Part shown: positions 42,240 to 51,935 of the stretch, piece after piece
How the letters are laid out: each line of letters starts with the position of its first letter
Numbering within the stretch: position 1 is the stretch's first letter
Source: Vitrella brassicaformis CCMP3155
Taxonomy: Eukaryota > Protista > Chromerida
Direction: 5' to 3'
Assembly: GCA_001179505.1 (NCBI GenBank)
Contig: CDMY01001064.1
Location: forward strand, 62,001-126,000
Length of the DNA: 64,000 nucleotides
Translations under genes and position numbers: made by a program
The notes under the pieces: generated by a model
Told to the model about the DNA's origin: nothing
Databases searched by the model: none
The model's input: only the letters and a program-made list of their open reading frames with translations

Positions 42240-43715
42240 TCACGCCAAGGATGTGGCCTTCCTCCTCACAGTGAACACATCGCCCATCACGTGTTCACCG
42301 CCCTGCTTGCGAAGCATCTCGTGCCTCACGGAGACAGACCACTGACATCCCGCCAGCTGCCTCAACCGCCCTTTCGACGTATCTCCGACCGTGGCAGTAT
42401 CGGCCCGTCGAAGTCAGGCTGAATCCACCGTCACCTGAAGTCGCGTCGCCGCTCTCAATCGAGAAGATGAGCAGCCCCCCCTCGCGCAGCAGAGGAGAGA
42501 TGCACTCGAAGAGGCTTCCAAGGTTGCCGATATACACACACATCGCAGGCCACGATGAGGTGGAAGGACGGGGGCAGAGGGGGCCGCACAGCCGCAGCGG
42601 GGAGACAGATGTCGACGTCTGGCCACCTTTTGAGCACCTGCAGAGCGGCAGAGACGGAAACAGTAGGTGTGTTCTGCACAGGTCGTCGAATGCCCCTAAT
42701 CTGCTTACCTCGACTATGTCGCCATGGATGAGCGCGTCATACCCCCCCTTAGCATCCGCCTCACGCAGCATCTTCTCCGACAGGTCCACATCCACAAGAG
42801 TCAGGCGCGATGCGCCCAGGCACTCCATCATGTCACTGCTCCTCAGTGCCCGACAAGCAAGCCCAGCGCCACAGCCAAGATCGAGAACGTCCAGAGGCTC
42901 AGGTGGCGATAGCAGGGGGCCATTCTCACGCAGCACTTGGCACACGAGCTGAGGTGTCTGATAGTGCAGCTTGCCCACCAGGTGTGACTCGAACGAATGC
43001 GCGTAGCCGTCAAACAGCTTCTGCACGTACGATGACGGCGCCTTGTCGACCCCATCCGCCTCGCCAGAAGAGAACGCCAGCCAATAACTCGCGCACTCAT
43101 TGGTGGGGTCCAGCTCGACAGCCCTCCTGAGGTATGTCACGGCTTTGGCAGACCTCTTGTCGTCACGCAAGAGCACCTTGGCAGCGTAGAACGGCCAAGA
43201 CGGATTGTCTGGACATTCGGCCATGAGACGCTCGTAGCACATCAGCGCCTCAGAGTGAAGCCGGAGACCCCGTGAGAGACTGCCACGCCTTTGCTACGCC
43301 TGGATGTAGTGGCCATCCACCTCAGTTGCCGCTCTGATTGCCTCAAGAGCGCGCTTGCAATCCCCCGCCCGCTGCAGAAGCGTCGCCAGGCTGCACCAGT
43401 ACTTGACGCCTGAGCGGTGCAGCTCGACAGCCTTCTCGAGATGAAGCAATGCACCTGCAGCTTCAGCCGCGTCTTGTGAATCCCGGCTGCTGCTTGGAGG
43501 GGAAGAACAAGAAGCATCGGACGACTCCTCTGCAATCAAAACGCCCAGGCAGTGATGCAGCTCCGCCAGAACAGTAGGCTCGGCACATGACGGCAGCGAA
43601 GAGAGGGTCTCCTCGAGAAGGACGATGCACTGCTGGCGCTCGCCGCCTACTTGTATAAAGCCTTGCAGCGCTCCAGACACTCATCACTCGCCTGGGTCGG
43701 CGAATCGCCGGTCAT
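42240..43715 (-). pseudogene. TPR-repeat + class I SAM-dependent methyltransferase (predicted TPR methyltransferase family), disrupted
   Basis: APSSYVQKLFDGYAHSFESHLVGKLHYQTP, LDLGCGAG, VDLSEKML, ACDVCVY/IGNL, LLIFSIE, TGRYCH. In-frame TAG at 43294-43296 and frameshifts near 43649, 42535 and 42325. Confidence 0.8.
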
Positions 43716-43981
43716 TTGTCTGTCCGGTCGTATCTCCTCTTCATTGCCCGATACTTGGCGAGTGAGATGGTGGCCTCGAGCTCTCCCCGGTAGAAGCGCA
43801 GCCACGCCAGGGCCCTCTTGAGGTCCTCGGGCTGTTGGAGGTGCTGCCGCTGGCGGATCCATGTCTTGATCTTGGCTATCTCCTTCTCGCCGTCGCCTGG
43901 GTAGTCGTGTCGGGCGGTGTAGCACATCTGCTTGAAGATGGACATCAGCCGCCGACGAATCTCCGGGCAATGAAGCATCAC
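43712..43981 (-). CDS. ETFRF1: LYR-family protein, electron transfer flavoprotein regulatory factor 1 (LYRM5) homolog, intronless
   Basis: 89 aa. The pattern DYP...ELEATISLAKYRAMKRRY matches the LYRM5 signature (DYP...ELEALYFLRKYRAMKQRY). Confidence 0.85.
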   Translation of the reverse strand: MMLHCPEIRRRLMSIFKQMCYTARHDYPGDGEKEIAKIKTWIRQRQHLQQPEDLKRALAWLRFYRGELEATISLAKYRAMKRRYDRTDK

Positions 43982-44149
43982 CGATGAATCGAGGAGCGCA
44001 ACTCATTTTTTCTGCTTCTCTCCGCGTGCCGATATGAAGGCGACCCGTTCATTCCGAACAAACGGGTTTTAAGGTCTAGGGTTTCAAACCCGACGAGAAC
44101 CTTCCCGCGAGACAGAGACAAAATAAGTAGATTCCACCACGGATTTGCC

Positions 44150-44620
44150 CATTCTCCTCTCGGCATTCAGTTCATCCCACTCGCTAAGCCTTTTCCTTCG
44201 TCTCTTTCCTCCGTTCAGCATCATTGTTGTTTCTTCCGCTGGGGTGGTTGTTACTTCCCCTCATGCTCGTCTTATCTGCTGCACATGCTGTTTTGCTGGC
44301 AGATTGAGCAGCCGGTGCCTCTTGGTCGGATTGGGCGTTTCGAGCGTCGCCTTGACGACCGTGCTAACCGCCGGTCTTACCGTCTGATGACCGAGGAGAT
44401 CAGTGACGAGCCGGGCATCGCTGCGGACTGTCGCTCCGAGGGAGCCGATGAGCATGCAGGATGGGCTTATTGTCGCTTCAGAGTGGGCCCAACACGATAT
44501 TCAGCTTTCAGCTGCAGGTGAAAAACGGCTTCCTCCTGTTGCGCCGCTGGACGCTCGCTTCCCGGTGTCGACGACCGTGATGCGCCGTGTGTTACGAGAG
44601 AGGGACCACGCGAGGTGCTA
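44150..44620 (+). pseudogene. Decayed C-terminal fragment of the lineage-expanded family
   Basis: RSYRLMTEEISDEPGIAADCRSEG and PLDARFPVSTTVMRRVL in different frames, similar to the 35149-36204 protein; no intact ORF. Confidence 0.65.
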
Positions 44621-44683
44621 TGCCACGCCCGTGGGCGTGTGTGTGGATTGATGCGCTGTCCTTGTGTGCCATGTATGTCTGCA

Positions 44684-45070
44684 GCAAGTGGATCAATCTT
44701 AACTTCAAACCATCCAACATCATGCTGGTGCAAAGCAGCCTCGAGAACGGCTCCCTCCTGCGTGCCGTCGTGACCGACCTGGCCTACGTCACGACATCAC
44801 CCAACACGTGAGAAATAGAGAGAGAGAGATAGAGAGATGCGTGTTGTCTGAGAGAGAGAGTGCGTGTGTCTGTGTGTGTCAGGTTGGGTGTCATCGGCGA
44901 CAGGGAGTATATGCCGCCCGAGGTGCTCTTCGGTGACGACTACGACGAGTCCGTCAACGTGTGGGTCGTCGGTAAACAAGGCGGCACACAAAAAAGACGG
45001 GTCTCTGGTGCGATGCTGTACAAGCTTCTGACAAGCAGCACGCCGGCACGCCTATGGTTCCTGGGACGAA
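44684..45070 (+). pseudogene. Ser/Thr protein kinase C-lobe fragment (subdomains VIb-IX), degenerate
   Basis: INLNFKPSNIML (catalytic H.D replaced by N.N), VVTDLA (DFG site), GDREYMPPEVL, ESVNVWVVG...GAMLYKLLT. No N-lobe found upstream. Confidence 0.7.
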
Positions 45071-45145
45071 AGGTGAGACAAAAAAGAGAGGGCCGCCCTC
45101 CGGGCTGCAAGCATACAGGACGCGAGAAGAGAGGAGTTGTGCAAG

Positions 45146-46483
45146 ATGAAGCAGCAGCAGCAGCAGCAGCAGCATTGCGACCCTGAGGGCTTTTACGCCT
45201 GTCTGGAGCTCCCGCCCACCGCCAGTCAGTATGAGATCGGGAAGGCCTTCAAGAGGCTGGCCTTGGTGAGCGGAGCGGGTGTGAGGGGACGGCAGGCAGC
45301 AGGGGCAGGAGACAGACAGGGAAAGAGCTCATTTGCACTGTCGGTCAACGGGGGGCGACACGAGGGCGTCTGAGACGGCTGCCCTAGAAGGGCCGATTTC
45401 TCTCTGTCTGTGTGTGCTTGTAGCGCCACTATCCGGACAAAGGGGGGAAAAGGAGGAGTTTCAGCGGGTGGCTGAGGCCTACGAGGTGCTGTCGAACCAC
45501 GACACCCGGGCAAAATACGACTTCATCGCGGTAAGATCAGTCTGAGATGCGTATCTCATCGATCTTGTTGACAGTCTGTCCTTCCACGTTCCAGGCCCGC
45601 CAGGCCCGCCACCACTCGACAGGGATGCCGTGGTACAAGACACCCGAGGCCGTAAGCAAAAGACCCGCACAGAGAGATCCCATAGCAATCTTATGTTCTT
45701 GAGATGGTTGTGGGTTTCTTCCTGTGCAGAAGGAAGCGAGGAGGAGGGCGAAGGAGAAACACGCCCGCGTGGCGCAGGAGAGAGCAGAACACGTGAGGTG
45801 ACAGCCATTCATCATTGTGTTCAATGCCACTGTTTTGTGTGCGTCTGCAGCTGTTTCGGAAGTGGGGGTTGCTGCCTCCAGGAAAGCTAACGGAACGGTG
45901 ACGGCGACCTCAAACCGCCACACATGAAGGCGGCAGCAGCGGCATGGGCAACAGAGGAGCGGCAGTGACGCCGCGTGTCCTGGGGAGACACTGCCGACGC
46001 GGTGAGTCATATTGCAATTCACTCGTCGACGAAATGCCTGGTCTGACTGCCTCTCTGCTCCTGCAGCGCGAGATCAGGAAGCGCATGTCGAGGAGAAGAA
46101 GAGGAAGGACAGGGAGGCGGACGACAGAGCCAAAGAGGTCAGCAGGTGGGCCGTCACACAATGCATATGCCGTCATCTTTCTTGACCTGCTGTCAGAAAA
46201 CTTGGGAGCCTGTCTGTGTCGTGTGTGCAGATTGCTGCCTCCATTTTATATTTGCTCAGGTATCTGCGAGGGAGACACGCGCTCGGGAGGGACGACACCC
46301 CGGCTCTGGCCATTCAATCTCCTATCCCCCGCCCCCGCCCCCGCTTGCAGACGACCAGCACCATCCCAAGGCAGCAGGGCCATGTGCTCATCCCGCAGCA
46401 ACAGCAGCAACAGTACCCTTACAAGGTACCTGTACGTGTGGCGGGGGAGGGGGAGGGGGAGGAGGGCTGGTATGGGGATTTAG
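45146..46483 (+). pseudogene. DnaJ/Hsp40 J-domain gene with HPD changed to YPD; downstream exons look decayed
   Basis: Exons 45146-45265 and 45424-45530 give FYACLELPPTASQYEIGKAFKRLAL/RHYPDKGGKKEEFQRVAEAYEVLSNHDTRAKYD. No clean continuation afterwards; 3' end approximate. Confidence 0.6.
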
Positions 46484-47065
46484 CGAGCGGGAGGGTGGAA
46501 TACTGGAGGCGGGAGGGGCAGATGTGGGAGGTCCACTGGGAGCACGAGTCATGGGGATGGTGGTGCGCGTCGGTGGCGGCGGATTTTGGTCGTAGACGGG
46601 AATGGCAGGGGACTCTTTTTCAAATGCGAATGCCGTCGCTAATCTGCCTGTCTGCCTGACTGCCTGTCTGCCTGACTATAGGTGTGAGCACAAAGGTACA
46701 AGACAGATACAGGCATGTTATGCAGGCGAAAGATAATGTTGTCTGTCGTTGTCTCTGTCGTTGTCTCTCTGTGCAGATTGCTGCCTCCATTTTGTATCTG
46801 TGGATCTGTTTGCTCTCCTTGGAATGCGCACCACGACCACGGCCAGAGACCTCACTGACGCGGTAAGTGAGGCGATTCTCTATAGACATGTCCGTCTCAC
46901 TTACCTTTGTTGCCTCTCTGCTGCTGCAGCGGCAGACGGGAAAGGCGGTGAGGAGGGCCAAAGAGGTGAGCAAGGGGGCCGTCACGCATTGCACTGTCGC
47001 CATCTTTATAGACCTGCTGTCTATGTGTCTCTTTGTGCAGATTGCTGCCTCCATTTTATATTTGC
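45995..47065 (+). repeat. Local diverged direct duplication of exon-intron units
   Basis: gtgcagattgctgcctccatttt occurs at ~46225, ~46771 and ~47035. The block tgcctctctgct.ctgcagc...gccaaagaggt.agca..gggccgtcac occurs at ~46048-46160 and ~46911-46986. Confidence 0.8.
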
Positions 47066-47260
47066 CCATCCATCTTCTCCTTGGCCTACGCACCTCATCC
47101 ATTCATCAATTTCGGCAAAATGGTGCTGGTATGGGGATTTACCGTGGCGCCGCTCACAAGGCTTACTGGCTCAGCTCAGGAGCACCGTTTCGTCACATTC
47201 CAACGTACGGCGAAATCATCATCTGTCTGCTCTCTCTCAGTCGCAGCCCTCTCTCTTAGA

Positions 47261-47293
<33 letters not shown>

Positions 47294-47309
47294 CGTGTGT
47301 GTGTGTGCA

Positions 47310-49656
47310 GCAAGGCCAGGCTGGTCTTGGCGGATGAGGGCGCTGTGGGCCTCGCCGTAGCCCTCAACCATGCCGTAAGCGAGTTAAACATACGCACACG
47401 CATACAAACGTACATGAGTTTGTACGAATGTCTGTCTGTGCGGTTGGTTTTGTCGCTCCACAGGTCTTCAACGGCCAGCGCATCGGCGTCAAGGTGGGTG
47501 GTGCGGTCAATAAGCAGCTCTACCCCTACCGGCTGCCCGGCCTGACCGACGTGGAGCAGCTGGCGAGCGGCGACAACCACACCGTTGCACTCTCAAGGGG
47601 AGTGGTAGGCAAGCAACCACATAACACTATCCACCATCCATGTGTGTCTGTCTGTCTGTTTGTATTTATGTGTGTGTGTCAGCTGTACGTGTGGGGGGCC
47701 AACGACTTCTCCCAGCTGACCTTCCCCCAGCCGCCCGCCACAGGCCCCACTGACCGCGCGGCATTCGACGCCGCCCTCTTCCCCACCAGACGCACCACAC
47801 ACCAGTGAGTGGCGTCACATATGGAGGGCACTTAGGCAGCCCCGAAGATGCATCTGTGCGTCGTGTTGGTCATGTGCAGGTTGGGATTGGGCAGAGAGGC
47901 CGACATCAGGCGCGTGTGGGCGTGTGGCAATGCCACCTTCGTGGCGGCGGTGTTGGCCGCCAACGACGGCAAACGCCATTATGGGTGGGGAAAGGTCGGG
48001 CAGCGGCCCACACATGCACACGAACATTGGTGTGTGGCTCGCGTGTGTGTTGTCGATGCAGGTGCGGGTCCAACTCGTGTGGGGAGGTGGGCATCGGCAC
48101 CAAGACCAACACCGTCGACCGCCTGATGGAAATCCCGGCACTCTACGACAAAGACGTAAGCCACACGTGTGCACAGGGACGGTGATCAGCGAGTGCGAGT
48201 GGTCTGTCTGTCTGGGTATCTATCTCTGTGTGTGTGCAGGTGGTGAGCCTGTGTGGCGGGCAGTTCCACACTATGGCCCTCATCCGTGACGGAAGCGTCA
48301 TGACCTGGGGCAAGGGTAGGACGCAATGCAAACACATGTGGCCACGGAGGATACACACATCACATCAAACTCTCCCGGACCCACACACGCATTCGTTTGT
48401 GCGTATGTATGTGTGCAGGCGAGAACACGGGCCTCGATGTCTCCAACCGCCTGGTCGACGTGACGGTGCCCTGTAGCATGAGGGTCGAGGTGAGCTCTCA
48501 AAGGCGAAGGACAAGTCACTGTTATGGCNNNNNNNNNNNNNNNNNNNNNNNNNNNNNNNNNNNNNNNNNNNNNNNNNNNNNNNNNNNNNNNNNNNNNNNN
48601 NNNNNNNNNNNNNNNNNNNNNNNNNNNNNNNNNNNNNNNNNNNNNNNNNNNNNNNNNNNNNNNNNNNNNNNNNNNNNNNNNNNNNNNNNNNNNNNNNNNN
48701 NNNNNNNNNNNNNNNNNNNNNNNNNNNNNNNNNNNNNNNNNNNNNNNNNNNNNNNNNNNNNNNNNNNNNNNNNNNNNNNNNNNNNNNNNNNNNNNNNNNN
48801 NNNNNNNNNNNNNNNNNNNNNNNNNNNNTGTGTTTTGTGTTGGTCACGTGCAGGTTGGGATTGGGCAAAGAGGCCGACATCAGGCGCGTGTGGGCGTGTG
48901 GCAATGCCACCTTCGTGGCGGCGGTGTTGGCCGCCAACGACGGCAAACGCCATTATGGGTGGGGAAAGGTCGGGCAGCGGCCCACACATGCACACGAACA
49001 TTGGTGTGTGGCTCGCGTGTGTGTTGTCGATGCAGGTGCGGGTCCAACTCGTGTGGGGAGGTGGGCATCGGCACCAAGACCAACACCGTCGACCGCCTGA
49101 TGGAAATCCCGGCACTCTACGACAAAGACGTAAGCCACACGTGTGCACAGGGACGGTGATCAGCGAGTGCGAGTGGTCTGTCTGTCTGGGTATCTATCTC
49201 TGTGTGTGTGCAGGTGGTGAGCCTGTGTGGCGGGCAGTTCCACACTATGGCCCTCATCCGTGACGGAAGCGTCATGACCTGGGGCAAGGGTAGGACGCAA
49301 TGCAAACACATGTGGCCACGGAGGATACACACATCACATCAAACTCTCCCGGACCCACACACGCATTCGTTTGTGCGTATGTATGTGTGCAGGCGAGAAC
49401 ACGGGCCTCGATGTCTCCAACCGCCTGGTCGACGTGACGGTGCCCTGTAGCATGAGGGTCGAGGTGAGCTCTCAAAGGCGAAGGACAAGTCACTGTTATG
49501 GCTCTCTGTCTGTCTGCCTGTGTCTCTCAGGGGGTGCGCTTCCTCTCCGTCGGTGCCGGGAGGACCCACACGGTGGCGTGGGGATTGGTGGGGGCGGACT
49601 TGTGTGAGGAGGGAATGGCAGGGGACGTTTGGGCCAAGCGAACGTCTGAGTGGTAA
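47310..49656 (+). pseudogene. Truncated paralog of the RRM-containing RCC1 (end of RRM plus blades 4-6)
   Basis: DEGAVGLAVALNHAVFNGQRIGVKV, LPGLTDVEQLASGDNHTVALS, CGSNSCGEVGIG, GGQFHTMALIRDGSVMTWG, VGAGRTHT. Intron positions match the 37-41.7 kb gene; 5' and 3' parts are missing. Confidence 0.75.
48529..48828. other. Assembly gap (300 N) flanked by near-identical duplicated sequence (~47860-48528 vs ~48835-49502)
   Basis: N run. The flanks repeat with a 974-bp offset and only a few substitutions. Confidence 0.95.
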
Positions 49657-50021
49657 GTGTGTGAAGACACAGAGAGGATTGGCGCTTCTGCACACGCATT
49701 TCTCTGTTGTCTGTTGTGTGAGATAGCTTGTCTATCGCTGTCTGCATTTTATATTTCGATGTCTCGTGAACCGATGGGTCGCTCAGACGACAGACAGACA
49801 GACAGACACTGCCTGCATTCTGAATCGCTCTCGTCTTTTATCTCCGTCCCGCCGTGGTTTAGTGGGGGGCGTGCATGTATCATATATTGACATTGATCAC
49901 TTGTGGCGTGTCTTTGCCACAGCTAAAGGCCTCTCGCGGTCCACACAAACATGCACTCGATCAATGGCAACTGTCACCCCACCACCCGTCCCCTCTCCCT
50001 CCCTCCCTTCGATCCATCTAC

Positions 50022-51830
50022 CTACCCCCTCGGCAGACCGCACACACCACAGTCAGCAGCCGCCCCTGACTCATTCCAGAACGTGCAGTGCCGACACGCC
50101 CACCCACCTCCACCTCCACATCCACCAGCAGCCCCGCCCCCCTCCCTCCTTGCCCTCTTGTTGTTGCCCCCCGCCAGCGGCAGCCCGTCGAAGGCGTTCT
50201 CGTCGCTGTCCTCACACCCAGGTCTCACCGACTCGCACAGGTAGCACTTGACGTGCTTGGCGTCGTTGAGCACCGTGCAGCGGGAGCACGCCCACTGGCC
50301 ACCAGACGCAGGACGCTTTGCAGGCGGTTGTGCGTCACCATCCTCATCGTCCAGGTCGATCACGGGTACGGCAGCTTGTGCCGCGCCACTCGACGTCCCG
50401 CTCGTGGCCGCAGCTGCTGCAGCTGCTGCCGGGCCAGCCGCGTCATTCTCCTTCTTCTTGGCCTCCTTCTTGACCACCGGCTGTGCAGCTGCAGCAGCAG
50501 CAGCAGCAGCAGCGGGCGGCTTCTGACGTGGGGGTTCTGAAGGGCAGAAGGCCATGTTGTCCTCATCATGCCAGGGGAGGGTGTCGCGGGGAGGGATGGG
50601 GGAGGGGGGAGGGAGGGGCGAGGGGCCGTTGGTGTCGTGCTCGTCGTCAGTGAGGTCGATGACCTCCACTTCCACCTCATCCTCTCGCTTGACGTCGCCC
50701 TTACACCGACAGTCCTGCAGGCAGCATCGTGTATGTGGTGTGTAGGGTTGTATCCGTGTTATGTGTGTGCACATCTGCTCACGTCTTTGGCTCTCCGCTC
50801 GGCAGCCCATGCAGCTGCTTCGCGTGCACTCATGCCTGACAGCAGGAGGACACGGCAGCAGGGATTTATCTTCGACTTGCGTTGATCGGATTTGGCTGCC
50901 CACCCTTCATGCGATTGGTATCTCCTCCCAGGCGCTGGCCGCCAGGAGTCATCAGCTTGTTGATGCGCTGGCGCTCCTCAGCAGCCTGACAATCACGCAG
51001 GGAGCATCCACCCATCCACCCTTGTGTGTGTGGTGTGTGTCGTCAGGTACCTTGAGCGCCTTCTGCTTGCCCTCCACTATGTTGGTGGGGTTGTGGGTCA
51101 AGCCGCCAAGCCTGACACCTGATGGAAAGGCAACGAGCACCGCAATCAATCTCACACATCGCCATGGATCTCGCCTCTCACCCTCTACGTCAAACCCCTC
51201 GCCCGTTCTAGTGATGCCCTTGGCCATGAGTTCCTCACACTCCTTCGTCAACCTGACCAATACAGACGGATATCACAGCCCATCCATCCATCAATTTATC
51301 CATTTCTCACTCGGCCAGCAGGGCATAGAACTGGGCGTTGTGCGGTGACACGACAATGTGCGTCAGCTCATGCAGCAGAGTGCCAAGCAGAAAGTGGTAG
51401 TTGTGGGTGATCCCGCTCTCCTTGTCGCGCCGCATACGGATCTGAGGACCAGAGGTCGCAGAACACACAGAAACATCGATTTGCGTCATAGGTTGACGTC
51501 CTTGGTCTGCGGAAAGCTCACGCACATACGTACACAGATCTTCTGTCCCTTGTTGCAGTTGAGGCCCTGAAGAGCGGGGTTCTTGGGCAGAAACTCGACC
51601 AGCAGAGGCACCTTCCATCTTCGCTTGATCATGATGGGCTGACACAAGCAACAGCCAACACACAATGGGTGCAGAGAGGCCGTTCGTTTGAGCGTACCTA
51701 CCTGGACCTGATCTGCTGCTTGTTGGAGCATCTTCTTGGCCTCATCCTTCCCAGCAAGGTTCAGCGCCTTGATCTCGAGGCACTTGAAGTATTTCTTGTC
51801 GTCGAGGCTGCCAGACCCGCCGGCAGGCAT
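50022..51830 (-). CDS. WSS1: WLM-domain DNA-protein crosslink metalloprotease Wss1 with SHP/VIM-like p97-binding motifs, SIMs and two RanBP2-type zinc fingers
   Basis: QPIMIKRRWKVPLLVEFLPKNPALQGLNCNKGQKIC/IRMR, TLLHELTHIVVSPHNAQFY (HExxH), GFDVEGERLG, AREAAAWAAERRA, VEVIDLTDDE, VPVIDLDDE, WACSRCTVLN...CYLC, WACRHCTFWN...CGVC. Confidence 0.92.
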
Positions 51831-51935
51831 CGCTGCGACCTATCCACAGTCTGATGATTTTTTTCGTTCTTCTTCAGCGAGCTTAAAGCTTAGAATTGTG
51901 TTTACGTGTGGCCCCGCGCCCGCGCCGACTTAGCG

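Noticed and set aside
43294-43296. In-frame TAG as stop-codon readthrough or reassignment
   Set aside because: The same gene also has three frameshifts, and TAG is used as a normal stop in PEX3, PHF5A and DJ-1.
47860-49502. Apparent tandem duplication of RCC1 exons
   Set aside because: The near-identical copies directly flank a 300-N gap, so an unmerged contig or haplotype overlap is more likely than a real duplication.
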